From an uncultured archaeon (GTDB lineage Archaea; Aenigmatarchaeota; Aenigmatarchaeia; CAZXUR01), in contig CAZXUR010000002.1 of the NCBI GenBank assembly GCA_964644245.1, positions 74,555 through 138,554 on the forward strand: 64,000 bases of DNA. The letters run 5' to 3'. A program made the translations under genes and the position numbers. Positions 54,965 to 63,590 of this stretch are shown in pieces. Within the stretch, counting starts at the first letter, position 1. Each line of letters starts with the position of its first letter. A model generated the notes under the pieces. It saw nothing but the letters and a program-made list of their open reading frames with translations. It did not search any database and was not told the DNA's origin.

Positions 54965-55275
54965 TACTCTACGATGTTGCCCCCAGGCACTTTGTGTTGG
55001 ACCTTTTGTCTATTTTTCTGTTGATGATAACTTTCTTCCTGATTGGGTACATATTCGTGAAGCACTTCAGAGGGATGAGAATCCCACCTTACCTCATATA
55101 CTACATGACAGCCGCAGGCCTTCTGTCTCTGAACAACATATTCGTACTCTTCACCCCTTCTGACATGGAGCCCTTCTATACGATTGTGGTAGCCATGAAG
55201 TTCGCAGCCACCACTTCCATATTCTTGGGAGCCTTCGAACTGTACAGACGTTTTGAATCAAGAATAAAAGGTTGA
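54961..55275 (+). CDS. small 3-TM membrane protein
   Basis: 104 aa. ATGA overlap with the upstream KaiC-like gene. Confidence 0.5.
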   Translation: MILYDVAPRHFVLDLLSIFLLMITFFLIGYIFVKHFRGMRIPPYLIYYMTAAGLLSLNNIFVLFTPSDMEPFYTIVVAMKFAATTSIFLGAFELYRRFESRIKG

Positions 55276-55773
55276 CTAGACCGATTCATACTTTCCTATG
55301 CAAGTAGCCACGTCTTCGTGCTTGTCTCCGTGGGAAGTCACGTATATGATCCTGACTTCATACTCGTAAGGCTGGTTTGACCGTCCCGAGAACACCGGTT
55401 CGTATATGCCCACCTTGTGAACTTTCGCAGGACCAACACCGGCGGCCTTGCCTTTGGGGTTGTCAGAAGCGTTCACTCCGTACTGTTCGTCTCCAGTCAT
55501 CCATACGTCAGAGTTTGGATTTCGGATGGAAACATTTGTGAAGTCGATTATGTAAGGACCGTTGTTTACGCGTACTGTGAAGTTGCCTTCAGAAGTCATC
55601 TTGTGGTCCATGTGGTTGAAGTACATGAATCCGGTACAGGCAGATTTTGCGTAAGTCGATGGGTTGAGAACACCCAGACCGTAGAGCGCAGCACCCACGA
55701 CAACTATGACCAGTAAAGCCCAACCGTATGTCATCAGGTACTCGAGTGCACCTTGTCCTTTCACTTGTATCAC
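55276..55773 (-). CDS. type IV pilin-like protein with class III signal peptide (paralog 1)
   Basis: (V)KGQGALEYLMTYGWALLVIVVVGAAL is the KG|Q prepilin-peptidase-type site followed by a hydrophobic helix. Conserved Cys pair. The probable start is the GTG at 55764, preceded by GGTGAT (SD-like). Confidence 0.75.
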   Translation of the reverse strand: MIQVKGQGALEYLMTYGWALLVIVVVGAALYGLGVLNPSTYAKSACTGFMYFNHMDHKMTSEGNFTVRVNNGPYIIDFTNVSIRNPNSDVWMTGDEQYGVNASDNPKGKAAGVGPAKVHKVGIYEPVFSGRSNQPYEYEVRIIYVTSHGDKHEDVATCIGKYESV

Positions 55774-55792
55774 CTATTCTCATTTGTGTTTA

Positions 55793-55808
55793 CTCTATAT
55801 AAAGTTTT
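55793..55808 (-). promoter_or_regulatory. BRE/TATA promoter of pilin 1
   Basis: The minus strand reads aaaactttatatagag, about 30-40 nt upstream of the start. The same 16-mer recurs at 56384-56399, and a close variant at 56422-56436. Confidence 0.55.
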
Positions 55809-55862
55809 AGTCAAAACTAGAAAATCAAACAAAAGTAAATAAAATAAAATTCAAAGGTTGGT

Positions 55863-56363
55863 TTAACCTGACTCGTACTTGCCGGTGCAGGTTGCTACGT
55901 CTTCGTGCGACAGAGCAGAAGTGTAGTAACTTATCCTTACTTCTACGGTGTAAGGGGTACCCACGCTTCCTGAAACATCGGAGTTCTGGACCCACATGGA
56001 ATGTTGCTGGTTTGGTCCCACGTTCTGGTCGTTTTCGTTGAGGCAGGTACCGAAGGATTCACAGCTCACGCCTCCCTCACTGTCCTGGTCAAACGAATCA
56101 CCAGGAAGTCTGGAAGTCATGTTACCAAAGGAAACCCTGTTAGGACCGTTGTCAACGATTATCGTGAAGTTACCGCTCTCGTTCATCTTGAACTCTCTGG
56201 CGTTGAAGTACATGAATCCGGTACACGCCTGTCTGGCGTAGGTTGCCGGGTTCAGAACACCAAGGGAGTACAGCGCAGCACCCACGACAACTACGACCAG
56301 TAAAGCCCAACCGTATGTCATCAGGTACTCGAGTGCACCTTGTCCTTTCATCTTTCTAATCAC
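55863..56363 (-). CDS. type IV pilin-like protein with class III signal peptide (paralog 2)
   Basis: MKGQGALEYLMTYGWALLVVVVVGAAL, with the probable ATG at 56351. The 79 nt encoding the signal peptide and helix are 78/79 identical to pilin 1. The C-terminal domains have diverged. Confidence 0.75.
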   Translation of the reverse strand: MIRKMKGQGALEYLMTYGWALLVVVVVGAALYSLGVLNPATYARQACTGFMYFNAREFKMNESGNFTIIVDNGPNRVSFGNMTSRLPGDSFDQDSEGGVSCESFGTCLNENDQNVGPNQQHSMWVQNSDVSGSVGTPYTVEVRISYYTSALSHEDVATCTGKYESG

Positions 56364-56383
56364 CTATTCTCCTTTTATTGAAC

Positions 56384-56436
56384 CTCTATATAAAGTTTTT
56401 CTACTATTAATTCGTGAGGCCCATATATAAAGTTTT
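56384..56436 (-). promoter_or_regulatory. two tandem copies of the pilin BRE/TATA module
   Basis: ctctatataaagtttt (56384-56399) and catatataaagtttt (56422-56436, overlapping the stop of the upstream platform gene). Confidence 0.5.
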
Positions 56437-57439
56437 ACATCAGAGAGGAGAAAACCTTGCCCATGACCGTCCTGATGACCCAGAAAAGGACTATTGACAC
56501 GGCAATCAGAGGGGGTATGTATTTGGCACCCTGCTTCTCTTCACCGTTCTTAACCAGACCGATTATCAGTCCTCCGAATATCGAAGTAACGGCCAGTGAT
56601 ATCATGGTGAACATTATCAGGAACTCGGGTGTGAGCTGGATAGAGTCGCCGGACATGAGTCCGCCTCCTATGGAACCGAATGAACCACCCATGGTCTCCA
56701 CCTGAGTGCCCATGGACAGTGTCTGCATCTGATGGGTTATCACTTGCACCAGGAATGTGGATATCCCGTAAAGCACTGGAGCACCTATGCCGGCGGCGAA
56801 GAATATGAATATCGCATACATAAGCACGTTGGCCCGTACCTCATCGGTTATAAGTTTAGTTCTTTCTATATCTCTGGCAGTTTCCTCCAGCAGTGTTGCC
56901 AGTGAACCACCGGACTCTATGCCCTTTATTATCAGCCGTAGGTTGTTCTCTATTATTTCCGAATTTATCCTCTTGGGTATTTCCAGTAGCGCGTACTTCA
57001 TCTCGCTCCCGGCAATCACGTGCTTTCCCGCCCTGAGCAGTTCCAGGCCGAACGAACCGAACTCTGGCCTGGCAGATGCGAACAGTGCCTTGTCAGGAGT
57101 CATCCCTGCCTTGACGTTGGCAGCCATTATCCTCAGTGCTTCTGGGAACACCTTTTCCGACTGGTTTGCCTTGGAATCAGCCATCAGTGCTAACCAAGTG
57201 TAAGTCCCGCCTGACACCAGCGAAAAGAAGAACAGGAAAAGTCCCAGGAATATGAGTATGTCAGCGGTAAAGAATATCAGTGTGACCGTGGCCGAGAATA
57301 TCAGTCCCAGTATTATGGATAGTATGAACAGTATTCCCATGAACTTCAGATGGTCGGCTTTGACTCCCGCGTATATCAGTGTGTCTTGGAAGGCCCCCTT
57401 TATCCTTCTCGGCATCACTCTGCCTATGTACTCATACAT
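56435..57439 (-). CDS. T2SS-F domain platform protein (TadC/PilC/ArlJ-like), half 2
   Basis: 334 aa with a single T2SSF-type unit: a cytoplasmic helical domain (FPEALRIMAANVKAGMTPDKAL...IKGIESGGSLATLLEE) flanked by TM helices. Confidence 0.7.
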   Translation of the reverse strand: MYEYIGRVMPRRIKGAFQDTLIYAGVKADHLKFMGILFILSIILGLIFSATVTLIFFTADILIFLGLFLFFFSLVSGGTYTWLALMADSKANQSEKVFPEALRIMAANVKAGMTPDKALFASARPEFGSFGLELLRAGKHVIAGSEMKYALLEIPKRINSEIIENNLRLIIKGIESGGSLATLLEETARDIERTKLITDEVRANVLMYAIFIFFAAGIGAPVLYGISTFLVQVITHQMQTLSMGTQVETMGGSFGSIGGGLMSGDSIQLTPEFLIMFTMISLAVTSIFGGLIIGLVKNGEEKQGAKYIPPLIAVSIVLFWVIRTVMGKVFSSLM

Positions 57440-57443
57440 TCTA

Positions 57444-58319
57444 TCACCTGGCCAGGTTGGGCCTCCTGCTTTTTATAAGACCGAGAAACATGAACTGGAA
57501 GAGGGCCGTCCCTCCCAGTATCATCCATAGCATGTTTTCTGAAACGGCGGTCCCCATGAAAGCGGAAAGCACAATCAGGAAAGTTACTCCCAGGGAAGGG
57601 ATTATGACTGCTATCATCATGTAAGCGAGTGTCAGCGGGTTCAGCTGGGAACCGTACTTGCGTATGGCAATCTTCTCCTCTTCTTCCACGTTGTAAATGA
57701 TGCTCTGCAGGACGTCGCCCAAATCGCTTCCCACTTTGACTCCGTTGGATACCTGTCTTATGGCTCTCCTGAAGAACACGGACGGGTTTTCAATGGCCAG
57801 GTCTTCCAGAGCTTCCTCTGTGGGAGTCCCACCGTTCACCTTCTTCACCACGTATCCGAACTGTTTGGAGACCAGTCCGTACCTTTCCATGGACACCGAA
57901 ACCATGGCATCGAATATAGACACCCCGGACCTGACCTGGATTAACAGATGCTTCAGTGCGAACAGTAGATTCCCCTCAAGGTCAGCCACTTTTCTGTTGA
58001 CCAGTCTCTTAGGGTATATGGATATGTATAGGAAGGCCAGGCCTCCGAGGAGGAAGGCAGCGGTGAAACTGACCAGGAACCCCCTGACAATGTCTCCCAG
58101 ACTAAGCAGTACTATGGGAAAGAATATCAGACCGAATATGAACAGGCTGGTGAATATGGCAATTGATAAGTACTGTCTGGGTTCCATGTCTATGTCTGCC
58201 TGTCTGAGTTGGAGTCCCAGGTTCGGGAACATGACCGAGACTCTTGTGGATATGCCAAGGAACCTCTGGGAGACAGAAAGCGCCTTGTCTGTGGGCAGTG
58301 GGCAGAAGGGGACCCTCAT
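57444..58319 (-). CDS. T2SS-F domain platform protein (TadB/PilC/ArlJ-like), half 1
   Basis: 291 aa with a single T2SSF-type unit (LLIQVRSGVSIFDAMVSV...VNGGTPTEEALEDLA...VSNGVKVGSDLGDVLQ). Confidence 0.7.
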   Translation of the reverse strand: MRVPFCPLPTDKALSVSQRFLGISTRVSVMFPNLGLQLRQADIDMEPRQYLSIAIFTSLFIFGLIFFPIVLLSLGDIVRGFLVSFTAAFLLGGLAFLYISIYPKRLVNRKVADLEGNLLFALKHLLIQVRSGVSIFDAMVSVSMERYGLVSKQFGYVVKKVNGGTPTEEALEDLAIENPSVFFRRAIRQVSNGVKVGSDLGDVLQSIIYNVEEEEKIAIRKYGSQLNPLTLAYMMIAVIIPSLGVTFLIVLSAFMGTAVSENMLWMILGGTALFQFMFLGLIKSRRPNLAR

Positions 58320-61300
58320 TCGTTCACCTCTGAAGTCTTTTTGCCCTTCTTATTCTCCTTTTTCTTGGACTTCTTCTTTTCCTTCAGAGGCTTCTTTTTT
58401 GCTGACTCCCGGGCACCGGATATCTCTTGGTAGTACTCATCCAATAGTTTCTTGGGACTCTGGTCCTTTTCCACCAAGTTTACCACATCGTTCTCGTCCC
58501 GGTAGAACTCTGCCACCACCTTGCCCACGGTGTTGACCGTGTTTATGTTGTTCTCAGTCATCCATTCCAGTATCTCCATTCTCTTGGATAGTTCTTCTAT
58601 CAGTTCCCTCTCACTCATACCGGTGTGCATGCCCAGTACGTCGAATGTCCTCACGCATTCGTTGTGTGAGACTATTTTCCCTCCGGCCTTGCACCTGTAA
58701 AGGACGTTGGGTTTGATGGATACTTCTTTTTCCGACTCACCGGAAGGTATCACTTCTGCCAGCTGGTATATCCGCCTGAAACCAAGTCTCCTGTCCCTGT
58801 ACTGTACGGACAGCAGATGCAACGACTCCAGCATGATTGGCGGGACCTCTATAGGAGGGTGGGTGAGACGTCTCATGGCCTGGTCTGCAGTGTCTGCGTG
58901 CAGTGTGGAGTAAACGGAGTGTCCGGTGTGCATGGCTTCGAATAGTACTTCTGCCTGTCTACCCTTCCTGATTTCGCCCACTACTATCCTGTCCGGCCTC
59001 ATCCTCAGTGAGTTGATCATCAGGTCCAGCATGCTCACTTCTCCCTTTCCCTCTGGGTTGGGCTCTCTTGTCACTAACGGTACCCAGTGGAGGAAGTCAG
59101 GTAGGAACAACTCCCGGGTGTTGTGAAGAATAATGTTGTTGCAGATGAATTTCTCATATTGGGGAACTGAAATGTCGTAAACGCAACCTCCTTCCTTCAC
59201 CTTCCTGACACTGACCACTTTATCCCAGTACAACTTCATGAATTTGGCATCTAGACCATACGACTGGAGGTATTCTCGCCCGACGTTGACCTTATTCCTC
59301 AAATATACTCCAGGCAGACCAAATTCTTCAAACAAAGCCTTCCTGAAAGGAATCACATCGTTCTTGGAGTAAAGTTTCTTCCTCTTTTTAATCGCTGATT
59401 CCAAGGCTTCTCCTTTTTCAAACTGTATGAAACCGATTTTTTTGTGGAACACGATTTTGTCCGCAAAGCCGGATATGGACATTTCCTTACATTTGTCCTT
59501 TCTTTCGTAGGAAAAGATATTCGATATGATACCAAATCTCAGCAGCAAAGTTTGCAGGTCGTTCAGAAGTTTTTTGCTCTGGGAGCAGTAGGAGATTTCG
59601 TGGGGTTTCACACAACCATCAGCAGAGAACACCCCTTTCAAGAAGTGGCTGAGTTGTTCATTTGACAGGTTAAAAATAAAGTCAGGGATGGTCTTTGTAG
59701 CGCTGTGGCAATCAAAACCTAAGCCCTTCATCAATTTGTACAAAATCCTAGAGTTTAAGGAGTGAGAACACCCGTCATTCATCAGTGAAATCCGAATTCC
59801 AAACTCGTTTGCCAATCTCCTCACGGTGTCACTTATCTCTTCGTTCTTAGTGGTCAGTATCACCCGGTTCTGGTTGTAGTTGTCGTAGGAGCCGTCCCCT
59901 ATCCAGAGACCCAAAAACTCTAGGAAGGCAGGGGTCAGCTCGAACTTCATGGGGAAAGACGACCTCTTGTATCTGGTTGCTCTCTTTGTCAGTAGTCTCA
60001 TCCCTTCCAAGTCTTCACCAGAGAGTTTGAACTCTTCCTTGAGCTCTTCCAGCACTTCCGTCCTAACGAATCCCTTTCTTATCCACCTGTTTGCCTTTTC
60101 CCTTCCCACTTTCTTTTTCAAAAGCGCCTTGTTCTTCTTCAACTCTCTTTTGACGGCCTTTCCTTTAACAAAGTAGGACTTGAACTTGTCCAGGTGTTCC
60201 AAAAGATTTATCTCAGAGATACCTTCCCCTTCGGGCATTTTTCTCACGGTTGCAATCCTTTTACCGTCCGAGAGGTCCTTGGGCCTTACCTCGGTCAACT
60301 CACCTCCATTATTCATAGAGAATAGAGAATGGTCTTCGGTTACTTCTATTTTCCTCCCAGAGGCTGTTCGGACCTCGTACAAGTCCTTGCCAGTCTTATG
60401 CCTTATCAGGGATTGTGGCTTGGCAAAAACAGTGTTGTTTTCTGAGTCCAGGGAAAGCACTTCAAAGTCTGCCTCTCTACATATCTCAGCCCCGTCCCAA
60501 GACTTCGAACAGTCCTCCTCCAAACAACCGTCGATCAGTTCACCCATCTTTCTTTTCTCTATTTTCCCGTCTTTTTTCACCAGGATTTCAGAATCCCCAC
60601 TGACACTGTCCTCGATTGAGATTATGCGGTGGTAGGGCTGGATGAAAGGCATCAGTGTGTTCAGCAGAGCGGTCTTACCGGAAGCTGTACCCCCGGCGAC
60701 TATGGCGTTAAGTTCGTACTGCATGCACAGCCAGAAGAAAGCGGCTATCTCCGAGGTCATGGTCTTGTTGGCGATGAAGTCAGTTATGGTCCATGCCTTG
60801 GATGCGGATTTCCTTATGGTCATTGTGTTGCCGTGGCTGGACACAGGGAACAACGTAGCGTTGGCCCTTTCCTGGGTTATCAGGTGCGCGTCCAGTAGAG
60901 GCTTCAGAGTGGATATCTGTCGTCCCACCCTCCTGGCTATTATGCTTGCGTAGTTCTCCACCTGCTCTTCCGTTCCCACGTATATGTTGGTCTTCAGCCA
61001 GCCGTGGTCCTTGTGATACACCCAGATTGGCTCTTTGGATGAATTTACCACGATTTCCTCCAGGTTGGGGTCGTTGAGGAGCAGTTCAATCCTTCCCAGA
61101 CCCAGCATCTCGTGGAGCAGTGAGCCGATGAGGAACTGTTTCATCTGAGGATTGGTACCGGGAAGCATGTCGTCTATCATCTTGCTGGCTTTCTTGGCGA
61201 ACCTTGCCTTCAGATTCTTGACTATGTTAACGTCGAATATTTCATCTGCTGAGACTTCCGTAGTCTTCAACAACTTCTTCCTCACCGAGTTGAGCAAGGC

Positions 61301-61441
61301 GGTTGTGGCTTTGTCTATGGTGGCGTGCTCCATCTGATAGACGGGAACGAAACCTACGCCTTTCGAAATCACCACATTAGCTGCCACCTGGTCAGCGGTT
61401 ATGGTGTACCTACTCAGTATTTTCTTTTGATTCTTTTTCAT
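58316..61441 (-). CDS. type II/IV secretion-family ATPase (VirB11/KlbA/ArlI-PilB-like) interrupted by an intein
   Basis: 1041 aa. Walker A motif AGGTASGKTALLN. The conserved RIISIED|T.EL box is split by 496 aa. The downstream extein carries the His-box region (MHTGHSVYSTLHA). The exteins total 545 aa. Confidence 0.85.
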   Translation of the reverse strand: MKKNQKKILSRYTITADQVAANVVISKGVGFVPVYQMEHATIDKATTALLNSVRKKLLKTTEVSADEIFDVNIVKNLKARFAKKASKMIDDMLPGTNPQMKQFLIGSLLHEMLGLGRIELLLNDPNLEEIVVNSSKEPIWVYHKDHGWLKTNIYVGTEEQVENYASIIARRVGRQISTLKPLLDAHLITQERANATLFPVSSHGNTMTIRKSASKAWTITDFIANKTMTSEIAAFFWLCMQYELNAIVAGGTASGKTALLNTLMPFIQPYHRIISIEDSVSGDSEILVKKDGKIEKRKMGELIDGCLEEDCSKSWDGAEICREADFEVLSLDSENNTVFAKPQSLIRHKTGKDLYEVRTASGRKIEVTEDHSLFSMNNGGELTEVRPKDLSDGKRIATVRKMPEGEGISEINLLEHLDKFKSYFVKGKAVKRELKKNKALLKKKVGREKANRWIRKGFVRTEVLEELKEEFKLSGEDLEGMRLLTKRATRYKRSSFPMKFELTPAFLEFLGLWIGDGSYDNYNQNRVILTTKNEEISDTVRRLANEFGIRISLMNDGCSHSLNSRILYKLMKGLGFDCHSATKTIPDFIFNLSNEQLSHFLKGVFSADGCVKPHEISYCSQSKKLLNDLQTLLLRFGIISNIFSYERKDKCKEMSISGFADKIVFHKKIGFIQFEKGEALESAIKKRKKLYSKNDVIPFRKALFEEFGLPGVYLRNKVNVGREYLQSYGLDAKFMKLYWDKVVSVRKVKEGGCVYDISVPQYEKFICNNIILHNTRELFLPDFLHWVPLVTREPNPEGKGEVSMLDLMINSLRMRPDRIVVGEIRKGRQAEVLFEAMHTGHSVYSTLHADTADQAMRRLTHPPIEVPPIMLESLHLLSVQYRDRRLGFRRIYQLAEVIPSGESEKEVSIKPNVLYRCKAGGKIVSHNECVRTFDVLGMHTGMSERELIEELSKRMEILEWMTENNINTVNTVGKVVAEFYRDENDVVNLVEKDQSPKKLLDEYYQEISGARESAKKKPLKEKKKSKKKENKKGKKTSEVNE
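59120..60607 (-). mobile_element. 496-aa intein with LAGLIDADG homing-endonuclease domain (Ser1 ... His-Asn / Thr+1)
   Basis: Block A SVSGDSEILV, block B IEVTEDHSLF, LAGLIDADG motifs FLGLWIGDGSYD and FLKGVFSADGCV, blocks F/G VYDISVP...NNIILHN followed by T. The codon positions were checked against the nucleotide sequence. Confidence 0.85.
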
Positions 61442-62708
61442 TTTCTCCTATCCCATTTGATACCAACTTTGGTTTTCCTATAGGGGGGTATTTTATGCTC
61501 ACTAACTTGTGCTCTTCCAGGATTCTGGCCCACCTCTTGACCACATCCTCGGTCAGGTTCAGTTCTGTGGCCAGTTCTTCTATGCCCACTTCACCTTTTT
61601 TCCTGACGTTTGCCAGCAAACGGTCTATGGGAGTCCTGGCGATTTGTTTGACCTCGCTTACCACTCTGGTGGGCTCCTCCAGTTCCTTTAACTCCAGGGG
61701 TACGTCTTCCTTTTTCCCCACCTTTTCCGAACCCAGTATTTTGGTGGGCAAGTCCTTGGGAGGCACCTTTATTACCTTTCCCTTCTTGGACTTTACATTT
61801 ACGGTTTTCTTTTTCACCTTCTTCTCCTTCTCTTTCTTTCCTTTGGGAACTGCCACCGGAGGCCACTCGACCTCCTCAACCTTTTCCTCCTGTACTTCCA
61901 CTGGCTTCTCCGCTTTTTTGGGCACTTTCTTCTTTATTTTTTCAAGTAGTTTCTTCTTCTCTGCCTCCAGTTCCTCGGGCTTCTTCACAATCACTTTTTT
62001 CTTCCCTTTTGGTTTTGGTTTGGGCTTTTCCTTGGTTTTTTTCTTACCCCTCTTTAACTTTAGTTTCTCGAGCAACCCTTTCTTCCTTTCCTTCCCCTCT
62101 TTCTTGGGCACTGGCGGGAGTTTCTTCTTTCCCCTTTTCCTCAGTTCTTCAATCATCCTTTCCTTCTTCTCTTCAGGAAGCATGCCAGTCTTTGTCTTGG
62201 GCTTTGGGACCGGTTTCTTCTTCTCTTTCTTCCTTTCCTTTCCGAACCAGCCCTTTATCCTTCCCATGAACCCGGTCTTCTTCTCTGCTTTCTTGCCCAT
62301 TTCCCCTGGTCTGACCATAAGTCTTACACTTTCCGGCTTTTCTGCCTTCATTTCCCTCTTGACAGGTTCCTCGGGCGGTATTTTTTCTTCCTCCGGTTTT
62401 CTTGGCACCGGCTTCTTCGTTTTCTTGGGAACCGGGCCTTTCTTTGCCTTTTTCTTCTCATCCGCCTTCTCAACGTCCAGATAAACAACCCCATAGACTT
62501 TCTTAACCTTCCCCTTGATTACCACCGGTTTTCCGTCCAGTTTTTCAGACGAAGAACACATAATTTTTCCTCCGGGGCCTTTTATTATGTATCCTTCCTT
62601 GCCGTCGGAAAGGGTCTTTACATGTTTGGGCGTACCTTTGACCTCTACGGTCTTGCCTACGTAATTCTCCGCTTTTGCCAGTGGAACGGTCTTCTTTTGT
62701 TGCGACAT
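61410..62708 (-). CDS. OB-fold-like N-domain / about 250-aa poly-Lys-Pro-Glu linker / C-terminal winged-helix protein
   Basis: 432 aa. N-terminal beta-rich KTVEVKGTPKHVKTL...VVIKGKVKKVYGVVYLDV. Central low-complexity K/P/E region. The C-terminus IDRLLANVRKKGEVGIEELATELNLTEDVVKRWARILEEHKLVSIKYP looks like a wHTH. A 32-nt overlap with the ATPase start. Confidence 0.55.
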   Translation of the reverse strand: MSQQKKTVPLAKAENYVGKTVEVKGTPKHVKTLSDGKEGYIIKGPGGKIMCSSSEKLDGKPVVIKGKVKKVYGVVYLDVEKADEKKKAKKGPVPKKTKKPVPRKPEEEKIPPEEPVKREMKAEKPESVRLMVRPGEMGKKAEKKTGFMGRIKGWFGKERKKEKKKPVPKPKTKTGMLPEEKKERMIEELRKRGKKKLPPVPKKEGKERKKGLLEKLKLKRGKKKTKEKPKPKPKGKKKVIVKKPEELEAEKKKLLEKIKKKVPKKAEKPVEVQEEKVEEVEWPPVAVPKGKKEKEKKVKKKTVNVKSKKGKVIKVPPKDLPTKILGSEKVGKKEDVPLELKELEEPTRVVSEVKQIARTPIDRLLANVRKKGEVGIEELATELNLTEDVVKRWARILEEHKLVSIKYPPIGKPKLVSNGIGENEKESKENTE

Positions 62709-63590
62709 CTAACCAACTCTTATGTTGCCTAATTTCTTAATATTATATTGACTGACGGTCATATTAATAGTTTCCTTGTCTAACCAGACTTCTACCATGT
62801 CCGAGATGTTGAAAGAAGGTTTTATGGTTAGTATGGTCTCTGGATTACCAAATCTATGGACTGTGAGCGTCCGGTGGTCCCCACTAAGCGAGCTGAGGTT
62901 GAACACAAACGAGTCTTGGTTCACGGTTATGTTTACGGTGGAGTTCTCATCACCTTCCAAGACTTGGTCGTAGAGATTGTCATAAACGTTGGATTCGGTC
63001 TCACCCGTAACCTTGACCCTCACTGGCCAGTCATCTCCTGTATGCTCCACCATGCCGTTCCCCGTTCCCATTATCCCGGTCACGTGTGCGTCTATGTGTA
63101 TTTCATACTTCACCACGTTCTCGGAGTTCCTGACTTCAATCCTGTCGCTTCCGATTCCGCCTATCGAATCGAAAGTGGTCCTCTCAGGGAAGAACCTCAG
63201 GGAAAGGTTGCCCCTGTGGGTGTCAGAACCGTTTAAGTAGCTCAAGTTTATGTCCGAACCGAAGTCCGAAAGATTCTCCATGAATGCCCACAGGAACGAG
63301 ATATTCCCGTTAAGTCCGTTCCTGGTGTCAGGAGTGCTGGAAGGGAACAGATAGTTGACGGTGGCGTTAGACTCATCTATGTCAAAAGAATAGTTGTGGA
63401 GGCGGAGGACTTCCGAAACCAGTCTTTCTATATCGTTGTACTCTTCGGTCATTGTATAGAACACCACGGTTTTGTCCAGAGCAGCGTTGGTGTTGGTGGT
63501 GTAGACCAGATAGACGGTCGCCAGGGAGAGTATGCTCAAAGCAATCATGGCTATCATCGCAGTGAACATTATCCCTCTCATGAATACCAA
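62709..63590 (-). CDS. pilin-like / pilus-associated secreted protein
   Basis: N-terminal MRG|IMFTAMIAMIALSILSL (class III-like signal) and many N-x-S/T sequons. Abuts the stop of the next gene. Confidence 0.55.
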   Translation of the reverse strand: MVFMRGIMFTAMIAMIALSILSLATVYLVYTTNTNAALDKTVVFYTMTEEYNDIERLVSEVLRLHNYSFDIDESNATVNYLFPSSTPDTRNGLNGNISFLWAFMENLSDFGSDINLSYLNGSDTHRGNLSLRFFPERTTFDSIGGIGSDRIEVRNSENVVKYEIHIDAHVTGIMGTGNGMVEHTGDDWPVRVKVTGETESNVYDNLYDQVLEGDENSTVNITVNQDSFVFNLSSLSGDHRTLTVHRFGNPETILTIKPSFNISDMVEVWLDKETINMTVSQYNIKKLGNIRVG

